Part shown: one piece after another, positions 59,401-64,000 of the stretch | Numbering within the stretch: position 1 is the first letter of the stretch | Layout of the letters: every line of letters begins with the position of its first letter | Assembly (NCBI GenBank): GCA_963976765.1 | Contig: CAXBME010000015.1 | Coordinates: 124,001 to 188,000 of the forward strand | DNA from: an uncultured Planctomycetaceae bacterium | GTDB taxonomy: Bacteria; Planctomycetota; Planctomycetia; Planctomycetales; Planctomycetaceae | DNA: 64,000 nucleotides | Direction of reading: 5' to 3' | Notes under the pieces: generated by a model | What the model was told of the DNA's origin: nothing | Databases searched by the model: none | What the model saw: only the letters and a program-made list of their open reading frames with translations | Translations under genes and position numbers: made by a program

Positions 59401-60675
59401 TCATCGTTTGGCTGGTGTCAGGTGGACGGTCTGGCCGTCAACCTGGTAGGCGATGTTCTGGGGAGGGAACATCTTTTCGAAGACTTCCTGAGCGGTCAGT
59501 TCTTTGGCTTCGAGCAGGATTTGCTGGTCGAGTCGGATGTCGGCCTGCATGAAGTCGTCGGGGTCGTACTTGAAGGTAAAGCCAGCCTGCGCTTCGAGAG
59601 TCTTCATGAAGGCTTCGAGTGGTGCGGTCGCCTTAAATGTAAAGACGGTCACTCCGCCGCCGACCATACGCTGGTTGGGGCGAGGATTTTCAGGGCGACG
59701 TTCCGGAAAGATCAGTTCTTCGACGCTTTCTATCTGCTCGACCGTGCCGACAACGGAGACTCTGCGGCCGGCAATCTGACGCTCGATTGCTGGCAGTCGT
59801 CGTTCCAGCTCAGCCAGAATGTTCAGCTCAGTGCCCCGCTTGAGTGTGAACTGTCTTTCGATGCGCGGGTCGACCGGCATGTCAACGATGCGAATTCCGT
59901 CCCGGCTGTTCGTCCATTCGAAACTCAAATTGAACTGAGCGAGCACCATCAGCAGCAACTGAGTTGACGTGCCTGACGGAACCGTCGCCAGCCCCCAAAG
60001 ATCGTGCGGCACCTTATCAGCCGCTTCGATGTTCAATGCGTAACGACGACCGATTTCGTCGAGCAGTTCGCGTGGAGTAGTCAAGTCCGGCCAGGTCAAC
60101 GTTTGCCGTTCCAGAAGTTCGAAGCTACGGCGAGTTGCTGGAGAAGTGTCGACGCTGATCGTCGTGGCGCGATTCGACACGAGTTGCGAAGCGACAATCT
60201 CTTCGACCGTGCGCAGCCGTGACGCGACCTCTGCCGGACCGACGTAAACGGTGTTTCCAAGGATGCTGATGTCAGCTCGAACTTCCGTCGCGATCAGATT
60301 GATCAATGCCTGCAGGCTGACATTCTGAATCTGCAGCGTCAGTTGCTGTCCCGGATCCATTCGTCGATCCAGCAGGATGGAGACCGACCGTGTCTCGGAA
60401 AGTTGACGCAGGCCATCCCGCAGATTCTGTCCCTGCCACGCGAGCGAGATCGTCTTTGCGAGCGCATAGTCGAACTCGCGACCGGTCAGAAACTCCGAAG
60501 TCACGTTTGTCAGAACTGGTGTGTCTGGACCAGGCAGCGGCTGCGCGACGGCGGACAGACTCAACATTGAGGCCTGCAAAACGGCTGCAATCAGCAGAAA
60601 ACGACATCCCGTTACCCCGAAACGTTCATTCAGGACGGGCGGAAAGGTGCCGAGTGTTTGCTGGAGAGGCGTCAT
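59401..60675 (-). CDS. Hypothetical exported protein with repeated STN/secretin-N-like segments
   Basis: 424-aa ORF with a hydrophobic N-region and repeated units such as LRDGLRQLS...SILLDRRMDP and PLEAFMKTLE...F.F. Confidence 0.65.
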   Translation of the reverse strand: MTPLQQTLGTFPPVLNERFGVTGCRFLLIAAVLQASMLSLSAVAQPLPGPDTPVLTNVTSEFLTGREFDYALAKTISLAWQGQNLRDGLRQLSETRSVSILLDRRMDPGQQLTLQIQNVSLQALINLIATEVRADISILGNTVYVGPAEVASRLRTVEEIVASQLVSNRATTISVDTSPATRRSFELLERQTLTWPDLTTPRELLDEIGRRYALNIEAADKVPHDLWGLATVPSGTSTQLLLMVLAQFNLSFEWTNSRDGIRIVDMPVDPRIERQFTLKRGTELNILAELERRLPAIERQIAGRRVSVVGTVEQIESVEELIFPERRPENPRPNQRMVGGGVTVFTFKATAPLEAFMKTLEAQAGFTFKYDPDDFMQADIRLDQQILLEAKELTAQEVFEKMFPPQNIAYQVDGQTVHLTPAKR

Positions 60676-60898
60676 AAGCGTTGGTACGATGGCCAGACTC
60701 GTGGCGGAAGCTGTTGACTGAAGAGTAGTTTCGACGTTTCCGCATTGTGGGTTTCGCGTTCTGCCCGGGCAATGCTGATGTGCAACTGGCAGGAAACATC
60801 GCCGCAGCAGAATTGAGATGCGGTGCGACTGCTGGCGATCCTTCCTTACACACGCGTTGATACGGCTTCGAGCTTGCAGCCATGAAAGACTGATTCAG

Positions 60899-63169
60899 AT
60901 GCTTAAGACTCACGCTGTCGGAATCGACCTTGGCACAACGTACTCGTGCATCTCGTACCTGAACGAGCATGGTGAACCCGTCACGCTGGCGAACCAGGAA
61001 GGCGAACTGTCGACTCCGTCGGTCGTCCTGTTTGACGAGGGCGGCGAAGTCGTCGTCGGAACCGAAGCGCTTCGCAACGCCGTCGTGAAGCCTTTGCGAG
61101 TCGTGCAGAATTCGAAGCGGTACATGGGCGACCTCGAACACAAGTGGGTCGTTGACGATCGTGCCTACACACCGATCGACATCGCCACACTCGTGCTGAA
61201 GAAGCTGCTATCCGCAGCTGAAGAACAGATCGGCAAAATCGAGCAGGCGGTCATTACCGTACCGGCCCAGTTCAGCGACATTCAGCGTCAATGGGTCATG
61301 GAAGCCGGCAAGCGAGCAGGACTGTCCAAAGTTGACATGATCAACGAACCGGTTGCCGCCGCGCTGTGTTACGTGCTGGGCACCGAAGGGTTGTGGTTCA
61401 CCGAGCTGGCTGAAGAGCAACGGATCATGGTGTACGACCTCGGCGGCGGAACTTTCGACCTGTCGCTGGTGAAGTATCAGAAGAACGAAGTCAAAGTCAT
61501 CGCCAGCAGCGGAGATCTGAATCTCGGCGGCATCGACTGGAACCGCACACTGCTCGACGCCATCGCTGGTCAGTTTTCTAAAGAATTTAAGGTTGACCCT
61601 CGCAGCGACCCGGAAAGTCTGCAATTCCTGGCCCTGGAAGTTGAGAACACAAAACGCAGCCTGACGGTCCGACCGAAAGCAGCGCTCACGTGTCAGCACG
61701 CAGGACACCGCAAGTCTTACCAGATCGAGCAGGGACAGTTTGAGTCACTGACAAAGCCAATGGTGAAGCGGACGTGCGAACTCACTCAGGCCATGCTTAA
61801 AGACAACAAAATGGGCTGGGCTCACGTCGACGTCATCCTGACCGTTGGTGGTTCGTCTCGAATGCCGATGATCCGAAACGCGCTGAAGCAGCTCGGCGGC
61901 CGAACGTTGAACACGTCGCTCTCACCCGATCAATCGATCGCGCACGGCGCGACCTACTACGCCGGGATGCTGCTGACGAATAACGACTTTGCGAAGTCAA
62001 TTCTCAACGAAGACGTCAGCGCCCGGCTGGCCAGTATCAAACAACAAAGTGTTAACGCTCGAGGTCTTGGCATTCTGGTTCGTGACAAGAACGACAACAA
62101 AGTTCCGCACTATCAGATTCCAGCGAACACTCCGCTGCCGGCATCGATCACGCACCAGTTTGGCACCGTGTCTCCCAACCAGAACCGTGTGCACCTGCGG
62201 ATTGTCGAAAGCGGCACGAAGGCTGATGATCAGTACGTCGAACTGGGAACCTGCATCATCGAAGATCTGCCGCCGGACCTGCCGGAGAACTCGCAGATCC
62301 AGGTGACAATTTCTTACGACGAGCAGGCTCGTGTTCATGTCTCGGCGACAGACGTGGCCAGTGGCAAGAAAGCAACGACCGAGATCGTTCGCGAAGGCAG
62401 TGTCGTTGTGAAAGATGGCGTCTCCACCAGCTCGGCAGCAATTCCGGCAGCAGCGCCGGAAGTCACCGGCTGGCAATCGACAGGAATTAAGACGCCGGTC
62501 GCACCGCGTAAGGAAAACAACAGCCCGCCACCGGTTCCAAAGAAAGCTCCGTCAACGTCCCGACCGGTAACTCCCCGACCGGTCTCGGGTGAAATCGTGA
62601 TCGAAGAATCCCGCACCGGCCCGGCCTCCCGTGAGATTGATCTGGGAAAGGCATTGCTCGACGACGAACTTGAAGACGCCGGCATGCCCGTCCCGCTGTG
62701 CAACAAGTGCGGCGAATCGCTCGACCACCGTGGAGGCTGCCCGGCCTGTTCAAAATCAAGAACGTCCGGAAATGCAGCGCCGGGTTCCGCCAGGCGTAAG
62801 GTCAAAGTACGACCGACGGCGGGAGGTCCGACTTCTTCCGGCAAGACTCCACGAACAACCACGGGAGAGCAACCTCGAAAACGAGTCAGCAGCGGTCCGA
62901 AAAGCAGCCCGGCTATTCCGCTTGACGATAACGAGATTCTCGAACTGGAATTTTCGGACAACGCCCGTCCGAAAAAATCGCCTACGACCGAAACACGTCG
63001 AAAGGTTCAGCCGAAGAAAGTTCGCTCCGGTGGTCCCTCGGTGAAAGCTCCGCCACTGCCGCCTTCGCTAAGCGAAAAAAAAGACAAGTCCGCCAATTCT
63101 GGAACTCTGAAAAAAGGCGGACTTGCCGCGGACGGTGAAGATGAATTCTGGCAGCTGGTCGACGATTAG
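60899..63169 (+). CDS. Atypical Hsp70-family protein with Pro/Lys-rich tail and Cys4 motif
   Basis: GIDLGTTYS, TPSVV, AVITVPAQF, INEPVAAA, YDLGGGTFD, VGGSSRMP, SBD-beta-like region, then CNKC...CPAC. Confidence 0.92.
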   Translation: MLKTHAVGIDLGTTYSCISYLNEHGEPVTLANQEGELSTPSVVLFDEGGEVVVGTEALRNAVVKPLRVVQNSKRYMGDLEHKWVVDDRAYTPIDIATLVLKKLLSAAEEQIGKIEQAVITVPAQFSDIQRQWVMEAGKRAGLSKVDMINEPVAAALCYVLGTEGLWFTELAEEQRIMVYDLGGGTFDLSLVKYQKNEVKVIASSGDLNLGGIDWNRTLLDAIAGQFSKEFKVDPRSDPESLQFLALEVENTKRSLTVRPKAALTCQHAGHRKSYQIEQGQFESLTKPMVKRTCELTQAMLKDNKMGWAHVDVILTVGGSSRMPMIRNALKQLGGRTLNTSLSPDQSIAHGATYYAGMLLTNNDFAKSILNEDVSARLASIKQQSVNARGLGILVRDKNDNKVPHYQIPANTPLPASITHQFGTVSPNQNRVHLRIVESGTKADDQYVELGTCIIEDLPPDLPENSQIQVTISYDEQARVHVSATDVASGKKATTEIVREGSVVVKDGVSTSSAAIPAAAPEVTGWQSTGIKTPVAPRKENNSPPPVPKKAPSTSRPVTPRPVSGEIVIEESRTGPASREIDLGKALLDDELEDAGMPVPLCNKCGESLDHRGGCPACSKSRTSGNAAPGSARRKVKVRPTAGGPTSSGKTPRTTTGEQPRKRVSSGPKSSPAIPLDDNEILELEFSDNARPKKSPTTETRRKVQPKKVRSGGPSVKAPPLPPSLSEKKDKSANSGTLKKGGLAADGEDEFWQLVDD

Positions 63170-63201
63170 CCGCAACGCCGGACGATGAAGAAGGGAATGA
63201 C

Positions 63202-63261
63202 CACGGAATTACACGGAAGAACGGTTAGCCCTGCTTTCCGTGAAATTTCGTGTCTTCCGTG
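63202..63261. repeat. CACGGAA/TTCCGTG intergenic inverted-repeat element
   Basis: CACGGAA x2 followed by TTCCGTG x2 between convergent genes. Confidence 0.6.
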
Positions 63262-63301
63262 ATTTGATCGATCCTGTCGGAGCTGTTCGTGGATCGTTGT
63301 T

Positions 63302-64000
63302 TCACCGCAGACTGGAAGTCTGTCGGTCTTCCAGAGGGTTGACCGTGATCACTCGCAGGTGGTTGATGTTGATTTCCCACGGGCCATCGAACGATTTCGC
63401 TTTGCTCAGGAAGCTCTTCAGTCGACCGATTTTCTGCTCGTCGGTGACTTCCAGGGGGTGATCGTTGCCCGGCGCACGCCCCCAGATGATTCGCGATCCG
63501 CCGTCCGTATTGACGACGAAGCGAAGCTCTTCGTAAACGACTTCCGCGGTCGCTCGTGGTGGTACTTCAACCGATTGAAGTTTCCACTCACTCCAGTATG
63601 GAAACAGAACGACGGCCAGCCGAGCGGCGGCGGTCACTCGCTCGTCGCCCCAGGCGGAGCCGACTCGGGCCAGTGGCGGAGTCGTCATGCCGGTGATCTT
63701 TGGATAAAGATTGATGTCCGACGGCGGAAAGTCTCCAGGAGGCAGCAGAATACCTTCCGCATCGACGGGGTAGTGTCCGTCACTGATGCTGACCATTGCG
63801 ACCGGTTCGCGAAAGTTGAATGAAACTTCAACACGAGCCGGCACAGAGACCTTCACGCTGACAGGCTTCTTCACCCAGGGATGCTGTTCAAACGCGGCGG
63901 CAATCTGCGCGGCGAGGTCCGGCTTCAGAACCGAAACTTCGTCGGGAATTTCTGCCGCTTCGATAACCTGATCGACAAGAGTGATCGGCACCCACCGCGG
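63302..64000 (-). CDS. FtsQ/DivIB-like protein, 5' end beyond window edge
   Basis: Frame stays open to the window edge (PRWVPITL...). HPWVKKPVSVKVSVPARVEVSFNFREPVAMV...VDAEGILL...PKITG...IIWG matches the POTRA/FtsQ pattern. Confidence 0.65.
   Translation of the reverse strand, partial: PRWVPITLVDQVIEAAEIPDEVSVLKPDLAAQIAAAFEQHPWVKKPVSVKVSVPARVEVSFNFREPVAMVSISDGHYPVDAEGILLPPGDFPPSDINLYPKITGMTTPPLARVGSAWGDERVTAAARLAVVLFPYWSEWKLQSVEVPPRATAEVVYEELRFVVNTDGGSRIIWGRAPGNDHPLEVTDEQKIGRLKSFLSKAKSFDGPWEININHLRVITVNPLEDRQTSSLR

Overview
Gene-dense, GC-rich bacterial DNA that looks like a planctomycete. The clues are many Ser/Thr kinases, an ECF sigma/kinase pair, an LExRxLL-type export motif, DUF3500, a formylglycine-generating enzyme and TAGQASSG-type palindromic repeats. 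Most of the window is backbone: eno, aldehyde dehydrogenase, DEAD helicase, TadE/TadG, HIT, an ornithine decarboxylase-homospermidine synthase pair, mgtE, skp-lpxC-lpxA-gnnA-like, an MntR-type regulator with ruvX, tatC, a GcvH-like/ferredoxin pair, an atypical Hsp70 and an FtsQ-like gene. The standout is an accessory block at about 47.6-59.1 kb. It has four co-oriented genes for secreted proteins, centred on a 1654-aa MACPF (perforin-like) protein with LamG-, hemopexin- and beta-trefoil-like domains. Its neighbours are two internal-repeat proteins and a very basic protein with eight repeated Tyr motifs. These genes diverge from an ECF sigma factor and a zinc-anti-sigma/Ser-Thr kinase/LamG receptor. 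The motif TGTGAGA-N3-CTGCGATGT lies upstream of both the kinase and the MACPF gene cluster, suggesting a signal-controlled pore-forming toxin or effector-delivery system. Other oddities are a membrane-anchored Swt1-like HEPN protein, a C26 hydrolase lacking its catalytic Cys, a palindrome inside the FGE reading frame and a frameshifted M12/RTX metalloprotease. I saw no rRNA, tRNA, CRISPR array, integrase or transposase. All domain calls come from motif recognition by eye; no searches were run.
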